A DNA stretch of 64,000 nt from positions 1-64,000 of the IMG/VR virus record IMGVR_UViG_3300021963_000021; one strand, written 5' to 3'. Under the pieces are notes generated by a model. The model did no database searches. It was not told the DNA's origin and saw only the letters and a program-made list of their open reading frames with translations. Of the stretch, positions 26,505 to 35,419 are shown piece by piece. Made by a program: the position numbers and the translations under genes. Each line of letters begins with the position of its first letter. Positions within the stretch are counted from its first letter, which is position 1.

Positions 26505-27488
26505 TTATTGCTTTTGACGGTTACGAATCATGGCAAGGATGTCTTGCGCACGACTGTTATTGTCTGAGCTAGGAGCAGATGCTTCTGGTTGTGGTGCTGG
26601 CGCTGGACGAGCTGCCACTGGTGCCGGTTCGTCATCACCGTCATCAACTGGTGCTGCTACTGCTGCCTTTTTAGCAACATTAGGATCACCTGTTTGCTGA
26701 CTCATGCCAGCTGGCTTGAAGTATTGACCCCAACGATCCATGTCGTAGGCTTCGCCGTCGACAGAGGCTTCAAACATTTCCTTGATTACCTTCAACTCAA
26801 CATCAGTTGGCTTCTTAGGTAGGAAATCCTTGAGGTTAAACAGTCCATGCTTTTCGATAGCCGCTGTTTCTTCAGGAGATAGAGCACGTTCGTTACGGCT
26901 CCACTTTGATGTGCTGTAATCAGCATAGCCGCCCTTTGATGTCTTAGCAATGCGGAAATCCACACCGTGTAAGAAATCAGTTGGAAGCTCGTTGAGCTCT
27001 GGATCCATCAATGCGGAACGGATGATCTGATAGATCTGAGGTCCGATGATAAATCTGCGGATTGGGTTTTCTGGTGTCGTATCTTCAGCGATAGGACTCT
27101 TGACTACATACCCTTGGAAAATGTAAGAACGTTTCTTCCAGTACTTACGACCCATTTCTTCCAATGATTTGTCTTTGAACCAGCCACGTACTTCGCTTAG
27201 AATAGGACATGTTTCATTCCACATTTCCATACAAGGAACTTGTACTTGTACTGGCTTGCTGCCTGTATCGCCTTTAACACCGGCGAATGGCAGTTTGATC
27301 ATCGCACGTTCTGCCCAGAAGAATGTGTTTGACGAATCACCGTCTGGTAAAAAGCGAATAGTAGCTTCTTTACCTTCTTCCATATTCCAGTGGGGATAGA
27401 TTGCGTTGTCGCCTCCGCTGCTTGATTTGCCGCCTTGGCCTGCTTGTGCTTCTTGAAGTTTCGCACGAATTTCTGCTAATGATGCCAT
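26505..27488 (-). CDS. gp32-like single-stranded DNA binding protein
   Basis: IRFLP, C...CP, KIGPQI-like segment, G.DF.I.K...YADY..S.W; Pro/Ala/acidic tail. Confidence 0.88.
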   Translation of the reverse strand: MASLAEIRAKLQEAQAGQGGKSSSGGDNAIYPHWNMEEGKEATIRFLPDGDSSNTFFWAERAMIKLPFAGVKGDTGSKPVQVQVPCMEMWNETCPILSEVRGWFKDKSLEEMGRKYWKKRSYIFQGYVVKSPIAEDTTPENPIRRFIIGPQIYQIIRSALMDPELNELPTDFLHGVDFRIAKTSKGGYADYSTSKWSRNERALSPEETAAIEKHGLFNLKDFLPKKPTDVELKVIKEMFEASVDGEAYDMDRWGQYFKPAGMSQQTGDPNVAKKAAVAAPVDDGDDEPAPVAARPAPAPQPEASAPSSDNNSRAQDILAMIRNRQKQ

Positions 27489-27601
27489 TTTAAATTGCCT
27501 CCTTTAATATGCCTTAAAATGTATGCCTTGTACGCATAGTATTATTATGCGCTTTTTATTTATCAAGGTCAATATGTTTATCAAATATTTTTTCACCAAA
27601 C

Positions 27602-27630
27602 AAAAAACCTGGATTTTTTAAGTCCAGGTT
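27602..27630 (-). terminator. intrinsic terminator
   Basis: AACCTGGA...TCCAGGTTTTTT on the minus strand. Confidence 0.7.
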
Positions 27631-27658
27631 CGTTGTACTTTTTAAAGTATTTGGTTTG

Positions 27659-29539
27659 TTATAGGCCTGATAAAGATTTGATTCTTGCCAATTCGCTGTT
27701 TTCTGCTGAATTCTGTAACATCTGATCGCCTGTTATTTTTCTTTGATCAAGTCTATTAATCATTTCTTGAGCAATTTGTCCAGCACGGTCGCCGTACTTC
27801 TTAGCAACCATAGTTACTACTGCTGTTGGGCCTTTAGGAAATTCTTCATTTTGTTTGTCGTAGAATGAGCCAATAAATTGTGCTAATTCATTCATGTTTA
27901 AAGATTCTTGTTGTCCAGAACGCTTACGGAAATCGCGAGCGTGTCTGTCGTCATGTTTTTTAGGATCTGGTAAACGGTACTTGTCTGTGCCTTTGCCTCT
28001 CATGCTTGGTGGTAGATCGTAGTCGTCTTGCTTGTCATACTCTGGGTGATTAGGGTCGCTGGCTTCCTCGTACTCGTCGTTAGCATAACCGTAATCTTCA
28101 TCAGATCCAAACCCTGCTGAAGCCAACGCATAGTTGTCGTCAGTTTCGCCACCTTCATCGCTGCCGTCTGGCATTTCCATATCGCCAAAGTCTAGTTCGT
28201 CAACAACTTCAGGAGCATTGTCCTGTAACCATTGATATACTAGCGGACGTACACATGTGTCAGCATCTTCTTTTGCTGCTGCTTTGATTTCCTGATGTAG
28301 TTGTGGATCGTCAATAATTCCTTTTAGACTGCTGATAGCATTTTGACCATCAACACCTGCTGGGAAATGCTCTCCTACTAATTTCTGTAAAGCATCAATA
28401 GCAGAAGAACGTTCTTCTTCGTCATTACTTTGAATTGCTGATTCTTCTCCTAGGTTCATAACCCAAGATTCGAAATTGCCAAAGTCATTTTCAAATGTAT
28501 GTTCTGTTTCTAGATCTTGTTGTACAGTCTCCTGTGTCATTGCGACTATGTCGTCGTAGCCTAATCCGTTGTCGCCCTCTCTCATCAAATTATAGATGAC
28601 TGGGAATACACTCTTGATATCTTCTTTGAAGTTTTTAACGGTAAATTTGTTTGTTAGGTCTTCGATTACATCCTGTGGTACTTCTTCTTGAACTTGTGAT
28701 TGGAAACTTTCTTTGAAATTATGGTAGTAATTTTTTCCTGCTAGTCTTTTAATTTCTTCTCTTAGTCTGTTTAATGCCTGGCCAGTTCTTTCAACAATGT
28801 CATTAGTATCAGAATTCATTAGATCATTACGAACAACATAGTTGCCAAAATTCTTTAGTTGAGCAATTTGTTCGCTCATATTGATTATGTGTCTACCAAT
28901 GTCGTCGTATGGTAGGCCGCCCTCTTGAACGTGTCTCTGCATAGCACGAGCACCTGCTAGGTGTATGAACGGATATTTAAAACGTTCACCTTGACCATTT
29001 TCAATGAACATAGCACTGATGTGTCTAGTTCTAGCACCTGGGCTAGTTTCGTCCACTTTCTGATTGTGCTTGATGATCAGTGTTGTGTTTTCTAGTTTCT
29101 GATAGCTGGTCTTTGTGCTACCGTACATGCCTTCTTTCATAATTGATTCTCCAACGGGCGATGAATATTGTGTTAGGAAAGCGTAATCACGCTTGTCCAA
29201 GTTGTCTTTTGAAATGTCTCTGGTATCAAAGCTCATTAGCCTTCTTTTAGCGAATTCTCGTAGTCCTCTTAAGAATCCGTACCAGTTGCCTTTTTGCTCA
29301 TGATCCATTTGTTCGCTAATACCTGTGCTGTAGTAGACCTTCATGTTTGAAGGCTCAGCAAGGCTAATACTTACATGGCCAACGGGATTTTCTCCCTCCA
29401 TGTAGTCAAAATCAAAAAACACAGCTTCTTCTGGATTAATAGTAACTTCGCCAGTTTCTTTACCTAATTTTAGGCCAGAAAAACGACTACGTATTTTGTA
29501 GAACAAGTCCGTGCTTACACTTTTAAGGTTATCTTCCAT
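27659..29539 (-). CDS. large acidic late protein (putative prohead core/internal protein)
   Basis: GATAAATA 5 nt before ATG 29539; acidic low-complexity segments; C-terminal ELARIKSLSGL. Confidence 0.6.
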   Translation of the reverse strand: MEDNLKSVSTDLFYKIRSRFSGLKLGKETGEVTINPEEAVFFDFDYMEGENPVGHVSISLAEPSNMKVYYSTGISEQMDHEQKGNWYGFLRGLREFAKRRLMSFDTRDISKDNLDKRDYAFLTQYSSPVGESIMKEGMYGSTKTSYQKLENTTLIIKHNQKVDETSPGARTRHISAMFIENGQGERFKYPFIHLAGARAMQRHVQEGGLPYDDIGRHIINMSEQIAQLKNFGNYVVRNDLMNSDTNDIVERTGQALNRLREEIKRLAGKNYYHNFKESFQSQVQEEVPQDVIEDLTNKFTVKNFKEDIKSVFPVIYNLMREGDNGLGYDDIVAMTQETVQQDLETEHTFENDFGNFESWVMNLGEESAIQSNDEEERSSAIDALQKLVGEHFPAGVDGQNAISSLKGIIDDPQLHQEIKAAAKEDADTCVRPLVYQWLQDNAPEVVDELDFGDMEMPDGSDEGGETDDNYALASAGFGSDEDYGYANDEYEEASDPNHPEYDKQDDYDLPPSMRGKGTDKYRLPDPKKHDDRHARDFRKRSGQQESLNMNELAQFIGSFYDKQNEEFPKGPTAVVTMVAKKYGDRAGQIAQEMINRLDQRKITGDQMLQNSAENSELARIKSLSGL

Positions 29540-29550
29540 GTTAATATTTA

Positions 29551-31137
29551 TCAAAATCCACTGCTGACAAAGATAGGCATAGGCATCTGATCTTCGGTTA
29601 ATCTTTCTGTCATTTTTTCATAAATCTGCGGATCCCAATCACTTAGGACTTCAGCCATGCGGCAGATCAACAAAGTAGATGACACTAAGTCATCGTGCTC
29701 ACCTGTTTTAGCACCAAATCCCACACCGTGTGCTACGAACGTTTTGAGCTCTGAAACTAAGGGCTTGCTGTGTATCTTCATTTTATATGTTTCAAGCATA
29801 TTTTTAAACACAGCGCAGGCAGCAATTTTAGTACGGTGTGTGGTATTGAACCCTTTACGGAACTTACGTACATGACCCTTACGTATAGGCTCGCTTAAGA
29901 ATAGCCCTGGAAAGTTTTCCTCACCAATATCGCTAATTACTACCAGTGCTGCTTCGCCTAATGTGTTGTTTTCTACAGAATAGTAAATTTGAGGAGTTCC
30001 GCCTTTTTCAGCACCACGATCTTGTATGTACTTACAAATCTCTCTCATGTGCTTGACCTGCTGTTGTATCGGTGTTAGGTTATGATGCCACTCTGCTACC
30101 TGAGTCATACTAGGCATTTCAAATACCTGTATAGCACCATAGTCTCCGCCTGTACCTAAGCTAGGATCGAGTGCGACTAGATATGTTGCTCGCGGATCAA
30201 CATCTTTGTACCAGCGTGTTTGCCCCATAGTCATTACAGGGTCAACACCTTTAATTTCCGCCAGCTTTACTGCGTTGATCAATGTTTCATCAAAGATCAA
30301 GAATTCGCAGTCAAATTCTCTGCGGAATCGTTCGTCACCAATCTTAGCACGTTCTATCTTAGCCCATGCTTCATCGCGATCTGGATGTTCTGCCCAGTGA
30401 GCAAAATACGAATAAAATCCGTTGGTTCCTAATTTTTGTTCGTTGCCAAACTCGTCAAACTTTTTGTTGGCTTCAGTCCAAATCAACGCAAACTGATCTT
30501 CGTCTGAGTTTGGTGTTGATGTGATAATACATTTACCACCTGTTGATAATGTTGGCGATAACGCAGTCCAGAACTCTTTAGCTTTCTCTGGGGGCTGTAC
30601 GAACGCAAACTCATCGCAGTAAATTAAAGAAAGAGACTTACCACGACCGGTGTTTTCTGTAGTAGTGGTAGCTTGGATTCTTGCTCCGTTATCGTATTCA
30701 ATAGTGTTCCTATTGTAACTGTAGACACCAGCACGAATAAAATCAGGTAAATTTTCATAGCCATACCTATAACGATTCATAATATCCTGCGCACCTTCAT
30801 ATTTGTGAGCAGCAATTAGAACTTGTGCTTCTGGTACAAACATTGTGTACCATAACAGATAACCTGTAGCACAGGTTGTTTTGCCCATCTGACGAGGTAA
30901 CATAGCAATACATTGCTTGTTTTCGTGGTAGGCCTGTATTAGACGTTCCTGGTATTCGTAGGGAACGAACGGGATCGATCCACGAACAGGATGTTGTATT
31001 TTAAGAAAGTTTTTACAAAAATAAAGTGGGCCCGTAACAGGATCCATACATGCTTCTAAGTGCTTAACTTCTTCTAGCGTGTATCTTTGTTTTGCGTGGG
31101 CCTTTTTGATTAAAACGCCATCAAGTGATTTTGCCAT
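29551..31137 (-). CDS. terL: terminase large subunit (gp17-like)
   Basis: YEYQ, PRQMGKT, YCDEFAF, TSTPN, ALDPS.G.GGD, HDDLV. Confidence 0.95.
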   Translation of the reverse strand: MAKSLDGVLIKKAHAKQRYTLEEVKHLEACMDPVTGPLYFCKNFLKIQHPVRGSIPFVPYEYQERLIQAYHENKQCIAMLPRQMGKTTCATGYLLWYTMFVPEAQVLIAAHKYEGAQDIMNRYRYGYENLPDFIRAGVYSYNRNTIEYDNGARIQATTTTENTGRGKSLSLIYCDEFAFVQPPEKAKEFWTALSPTLSTGGKCIITSTPNSDEDQFALIWTEANKKFDEFGNEQKLGTNGFYSYFAHWAEHPDRDEAWAKIERAKIGDERFRREFDCEFLIFDETLINAVKLAEIKGVDPVMTMGQTRWYKDVDPRATYLVALDPSLGTGGDYGAIQVFEMPSMTQVAEWHHNLTPIQQQVKHMREICKYIQDRGAEKGGTPQIYYSVENNTLGEAALVVISDIGEENFPGLFLSEPIRKGHVRKFRKGFNTTHRTKIAACAVFKNMLETYKMKIHSKPLVSELKTFVAHGVGFGAKTGEHDDLVSSTLLICRMAEVLSDWDPQIYEKMTERLTEDQMPMPIFVSSGF

Positions 31138-31151
31138 AACTTTATTTACAG

Positions 31152-31179
31152 AAAAAAATAGGCTCCGAAGAGCCTATTT
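31152..31179 (-). terminator. intrinsic terminator
   Basis: AAATAGGCTC-TTCG-GAGCCTATTTTTTT. Confidence 0.88.
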
Positions 31180-31194
31180 GGATCACATATCTTA

Positions 31195-31680
31195 TTATTG
31201 ATTCTTGTGTTCAGCTAACTGAGCAAGCAGTTGTGCTTTAATGCTATTAACTAGATCATCGCCTTCGCCCATGGCACGTGGATTATCGCCACCTGCTGCT
31301 GCCGGATAACCTTTCTTAGGCTTGTGCATGTCGTTGCCATCTGGAATAGAAGCAGAAATATCTTTATAATCTGGGCTAGGATGTGTTGTAGCATCATCGA
31401 AACCGTCTTCTAGTTCTTCTCTATCTCTCATACCAATTTTCATGATAGGATTTGTCATTGTCGGCAAAGGCATATCATTTTTTGGCATCATATCTGGGTT
31501 AACTTTAGTCATTAACTTTAGTAGACTTTCGATATTGTCCATGCCTTGTGCGTTTAGACTAACACTCATGCTAGGTGGAGTTGCTGGCGGAGTTGGGGAA
31601 CTCATAGGCATTTCACCGCATTCTGCGATGACACCTTTGTCGATGTCATGAATGCGTTTATATAGATCGTTAAAGTTCAT
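31195..31680 (-). CDS. putative head-internal/core protein
   Basis: Pro/Met-rich low complexity with IAE and LEE sites. Confidence 0.55.
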   Translation of the reverse strand: MNFNDLYKRIHDIDKGVIAECGEMPMSSPTPPATPPSMSVSLNAQGMDNIESLLKLMTKVNPDMMPKNDMPLPTMTNPIMKIGMRDREELEDGFDDATTHPSPDYKDISASIPDGNDMHKPKKGYPAAAGGDNPRAMGEGDDLVNSIKAQLLAQLAEHKNQ

Positions 31681-32243
31681 TATTTGCTCCCAACGGCACT
31701 CTTAGCACCGGCTTTGTCTTCTTTGTGTTTAGGTAATTTGTACTCTACATGCTGGCCTTCATCTTTTTTACGTGCTTTTGATTCTTTAGCAAGATTCTTT
31801 AAAAATGAAGTATTGTAGTCATCGCCAAAATAATCCTTGCTGCGAATCTTTTCTGGGTCTGATAATTCTTTGTTTAATAGTGCGTCGCCACTTGGATTTT
31901 CTACATCAAAGTATGGTTGTAGATCTTCTCCTAGACTACGTACACGGAAATGGCTTTCTGGCATGCCAGTAACCTCACGTACACGTACAGCAATCTGTTG
32001 TGAAGTTACAGGATAGTCGCATTCTGCTTCAAACACAGTAACTTCGATATTTTTTAGGTCGGGGAAATCCAAAGCAGTTGGGCGTATTGGAGTTTCGCTT
32101 GATTTAGCTACTTTTGAGCAGTTAAATTTAGCAAGGCCACCTTTTACTTTGTCTTCAAACCCTTCAGCAAGACTACCTGCTACCTTAATATGAAAGGTAT
32201 AGGTTTTTTTGCTTTCGGTTAGGTAATCTTTCAATGTCTTCAT
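31680..32243 (-). CDS. putative prohead core protein
   Basis: N-terminus MKTLKDYLTES resembles the T4 capsid-targeting sequence; TAAATA 5 nt upstream. Confidence 0.6.
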   Translation of the reverse strand: MKTLKDYLTESKKTYTFHIKVAGSLAEGFEDKVKGGLAKFNCSKVAKSSETPIRPTALDFPDLKNIEVTVFEAECDYPVTSQQIAVRVREVTGMPESHFRVRSLGEDLQPYFDVENPSGDALLNKELSDPEKIRSKDYFGDDYNTSFLKNLAKESKARKKDEGQHVEYKLPKHKEDKAGAKSAVGSK

Positions 32244-32251
32244 ACTCATAT

Positions 32252-32731
32252 TTATTCTTTTCCTGAAAGTTTTTTAAGTAGCTCATTACGGTCAGTTATA
32301 ACAAACCCTTGCCCGTTTAGGACGTTTCCGTCCTCGTCACCGGCATCTTTGTCTATTTTGAGCTTTTTAAGTTTAAGCTCTACTGCTTTGAGCTTTTTAT
32401 CAATCTTCGCTGACTTGGCATCTATGGCATTTTTAAGCATAGTGCCCGCAACTTCTAAAATTCGACCGCTGTAACGTACTTCTACGTTCATGCCCAAATC
32501 CATAAGATCGTCGTAGGCATCTTCGGCCTTTTTTGCCAATGCGTCTAGGTCTTTTTCGTCTAGAGTGTCTAGGTCATCTATAGGGGGCAATGATCCGGCT
32601 ATTTGATCAATTTCTCTATAGCTGCGTTCTAGACTGCGTACTTCTTCTTTAGTTTCTTCGACTTGAGGTACAACTTCCTGAATGTTTTCAGGGCTATCTA
32701 GATTAAAGAGTTCTTCAAGTTTTTTAGTCAT
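32252..32731 (-). CDS. terminase small subunit (gp16-like)
   Basis: Helical; RILEV motif and C-terminal FVITDRNELLKKL; near terL and gp4. Confidence 0.6.
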   Translation of the reverse strand: MTKKLEELFNLDSPENIQEVVPQVEETKEEVRSLERSYREIDQIAGSLPPIDDLDTLDEKDLDALAKKAEDAYDDLMDLGMNVEVRYSGRILEVAGTMLKNAIDAKSAKIDKKLKAVELKLKKLKIDKDAGDEDGNVLNGQGFVITDRNELLKKLSGKE

Positions 32732-32738
32732 ACTTTAC

Positions 32739-33179
32739 TTATCTGCGTTTTGAGCCTTTATGGAAAATATCATCTTCGTTGACTACACGAAATTTGATAC
32801 CCTGCTGCTTACACCAAGCAGTAGCAGCTTCCCATTTGGCTAGATTTTTGATATACTGTTCTTGGTTATACAAGCTCTTGCCCACACGTTCTTTTAACGT
32901 ATGGTTACTGGGCTTAACTTCTACAACTTCGGCATGTGTTGATTTATTTTTGTCTACATATACTACAAAAAAATCAGGAACATACACGGTGTACTTGCCA
33001 GTTAACGGATCTTTATATGGAATCTGTATGCTTTCGCTGGCCCAGTTTTGTACTCCTGGATGCTCGTCTAACATTCTCATAAAAACAAATTCCCAACTGC
33101 TTCTAGCCAGCGGGCGTCTTTTCCCTATATATTTGTCAGGGTTTTTTAGAGTATACGGTCCTTGGGCAAATTTTGGCAT
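32739..33179 (-). CDS. head completion nuclease (gp4/TnsA-like)
   Basis: NPDKY, RSSWE, WASE..IPY, YVPDF, EVKP, NLAKW. Confidence 0.88.
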   Translation of the reverse strand: MPKFAQGPYTLKNPDKYIGKRRPLARSSWEFVFMRMLDEHPGVQNWASESIQIPYKDPLTGKYTVYVPDFFVVYVDKNKSTHAEVVEVKPSNHTLKERVGKSLYNQEQYIKNLAKWEAATAWCKQQGIKFRVVNEDDIFHKGSKRR

Positions 33180-33556
33180 TAGGCTAAGATGTTTCTTGTT
33201 TGGAATTGATTTTCGACTGTAGCAAATCTAAATCCCAATACTGATGTTACAGATCTATTTTGATTTAATACTGTGCTTACAATAGACGAAAGTTGTAGTT
33301 CTTGTAGACCTTTTAATGTGTCCAATAACGCATATACTGGAATGTTTTCTTGTTTGGCCTGTTTTAGCAATATTATCGACGTGATAATTGATGCTTGGTC
33401 GCCGAACCCCTTAGATCGAAGATATCCTACAGTAGAATCAACATCACTGGCGTTGTATTCTTCACCTTTGTTTGCGTAGTTGTTGAAATATGTTTTTGAA
33501 AAATCTGAACTGTCTGTCGACGGCGGTGCTGGTAAATTTGATAACACTGTTTTCAT
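33179..33556 (-). CDS. hypothetical protein
   Basis: 125-aa ORF within tail operon. Confidence 0.7.
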   Translation of the reverse strand: MKTVLSNLPAPPSTDSSDFSKTYFNNYANKGEEYNASDVDSTVGYLRSKGFGDQASIITSIILLKQAKQENIPVYALLDTLKGLQELQLSSIVSTVLNQNRSVTSVLGFRFATVENQFQTRNILA

Positions 33557-33557
33557 A

Positions 33558-34652
33558 TTATCTTACTCCGGGGAAGGACACACCGGGGAGACCGGATGTA
33601 CTGTTTGGCAAGGCAACAGAACCTTGTAGTATGTTTTGTGCGTCGGCTGCTAGACTTTCTGGACTGATGCTAGCGAGGCTCTTATAGAGGTTTACAGCTC
33701 GTATCGCAGAACTTAATAAATCTCCCGGTGAACCGGCGTCATCGACATAGAACCCTCTGAAAATAATGCTAGCATCGAATATTACTTCGGCACCAGCATC
33801 GGCTAAGATACCTAATGGGCCAAACAGTTGTCCTTGACCAGCTCCTCCGCTAATAGTCAACGGGCTCGGAACTTTATCATAATGAACCAACTGGAATCCT
33901 TTTGGTTCTTTGCCTTTAATAACTCTGCCGGTTCCATATCTAACAGATTCATAGGCAAGCTGCATTGTAATTTCACCTGTACCGTTGCTTTCTGAACTAT
34001 TAACTTGACCATGAGACATACTAACAATATGCGGTTTTATCAATGTATAAGAATTAAAAGTTTTCTTAGCCATTGTGTATATTGTTATAGAATTAAAGAA
34101 CGGCATGTTTGTTCCGTCAGAGTCTAATCCATAACGCTGAGCTTTTAGCTCTTCGCCGAGATGACTGTCATACATGCCTGCGCCTACACCGGTTGATCCG
34201 TTGGAATGATATCCTACATTCAAACTGTCAATGGTTCCAATAAATCTTTCAGGCGAATAATAACCATAATACAAAGCCATCATAGCATTAACAATACCAG
34301 CGTTATCATCATGTAAGCTAATACTAATAGGATCGTATTTGATATCTTTGTAAATTATTTTTTTCTTATTATATTGATTTTTAAAATCATAATCATAAGT
34401 CATTTTGGGAAGGTCTGCGCTCTTGACTAACATCCCTGCTTCTAGCTGATGTTTAAATTTCCAGTCTGATCCTCGCATTGCTTCTTTTTCTATATCAAAG
34501 AATATATGATACGAAAACTTAGTACGTGGAGCTCTCGACATGCTATAATCGGTAAACAACCGAGCAGCATGACGGGCATCGCCAAGGTTACCCTTGGGAT
34601 TTAATATGCCTTGTCCAAAACCTTCTAAAAATCTATCGAATTGATCTGCCAT
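33558..34652 (-). CDS. tail tube-like baseplate/tube initiator protein
   Basis: LPK...QYN...YDPISISLHDD tube fold; follows the tube gene. Confidence 0.65.
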   Translation of the reverse strand: MADQFDRFLEGFGQGILNPKGNLGDARHAARLFTDYSMSRAPRTKFSYHIFFDIEKEAMRGSDWKFKHQLEAGMLVKSADLPKMTYDYDFKNQYNKKKIIYKDIKYDPISISLHDDNAGIVNAMMALYYGYYSPERFIGTIDSLNVGYHSNGSTGVGAGMYDSHLGEELKAQRYGLDSDGTNMPFFNSITIYTMAKKTFNSYTLIKPHIVSMSHGQVNSSESNGTGEITMQLAYESVRYGTGRVIKGKEPKGFQLVHYDKVPSPLTISGGAGQGQLFGPLGILADAGAEVIFDASIIFRGFYVDDAGSPGDLLSSAIRAVNLYKSLASISPESLAADAQNILQGSVALPNSTSGLPGVSFPGVR

Positions 34653-34668
34653 AATATTATTTAGTCGT

Positions 34669-34700
34669 AAAAAAAGCCCGACTTTAAATCGGGCTTTCTT
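34669..34700 (-). terminator. intrinsic terminator after tail tube
   Basis: AAAGCCCGA...TCGGGCTTTTTTT. Confidence 0.85.
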
Positions 34701-34715
34701 TGAGTTTTAGTGCTA

Positions 34716-35357
34716 TTAAGTGCTACCGCCACCAGTTGATAAGCTACCAATTGATCTAGCACCGATGCTTCTACCAATACCATCGACGCCGCCGCCTTTG
34801 TATTGGATAGCGTTGTCGTATCTAATCGCTAGCGTAACTTGTGCTGGCTCATTAGTTGTATAGTTTAGATCACCGTAGTCGATGTTTTGAACAAAGCAAC
34901 CATAGCACTCAAATGTTTCAAGAGTGTTTGGTGTTTGTGTACCGTTACCACCATCTAGGACTTCGATTACTGTTGTAAACTTGTAATCTTGTCCTGAAGC
35001 AGCACCAGACTGTTCGAAAAAGTCAAATTGCTTTTGAATCTGCTCACCACACAATCTTTGAATAGCGCCAGTAGCGTCATCGCGGATGTTAAGCGTTAGT
35101 GGTTCCCAGTTATGACGTCCTGCTAGATAAACTCTAGAGTTGTAAACTGGAAGTTCGATTTCTTCGAAGTTAATCTTTGGACGTGTAATGTCCATGACTT
35201 GCTTTGTAAGCTCTGTGGGCACCGTACCGTTAGCACCGAAGCCCTGTAGTGTAACCCTAAATCTATATTTTAGTTTAGGCATCAGCAGACCTTGGCTCGC
35301 TGATGAAGCATCAGTTGCTAAGGGTACTGTTAGTTTTGATAATGTTGAAATTGCCAT
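34716..35357 (-). CDS. tail tube protein (gp19-like)
   Basis: RFRV, AGRHNWEPLTLNIRDD, YGDLNY, IRYDNA. Confidence 0.88.
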   Translation of the reverse strand: MAISTLSKLTVPLATDASSASQGLLMPKLKYRFRVTLQGFGANGTVPTELTKQVMDITRPKINFEEIELPVYNSRVYLAGRHNWEPLTLNIRDDATGAIQRLCGEQIQKQFDFFEQSGAASGQDYKFTTVIEVLDGGNGTQTPNTLETFECYGCFVQNIDYGDLNYTTNEPAQVTLAIRYDNAIQYKGGGVDGIGRSIGARSIGSLSTGGGST

Positions 35358-35395
35358 GTCTTCTTGCTCCGGGTAATGTTATTTATCACGGAATC

Positions 35396-35417
35396 AAAGG
35401 GGTCATATGACCCCCTT
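35396..35417. terminator. hairpin after sheath gene
   Basis: AAGGGGTCA-TA-TGACCCCCTT. Confidence 0.55.
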
Positions 35418-35419
35418 AA

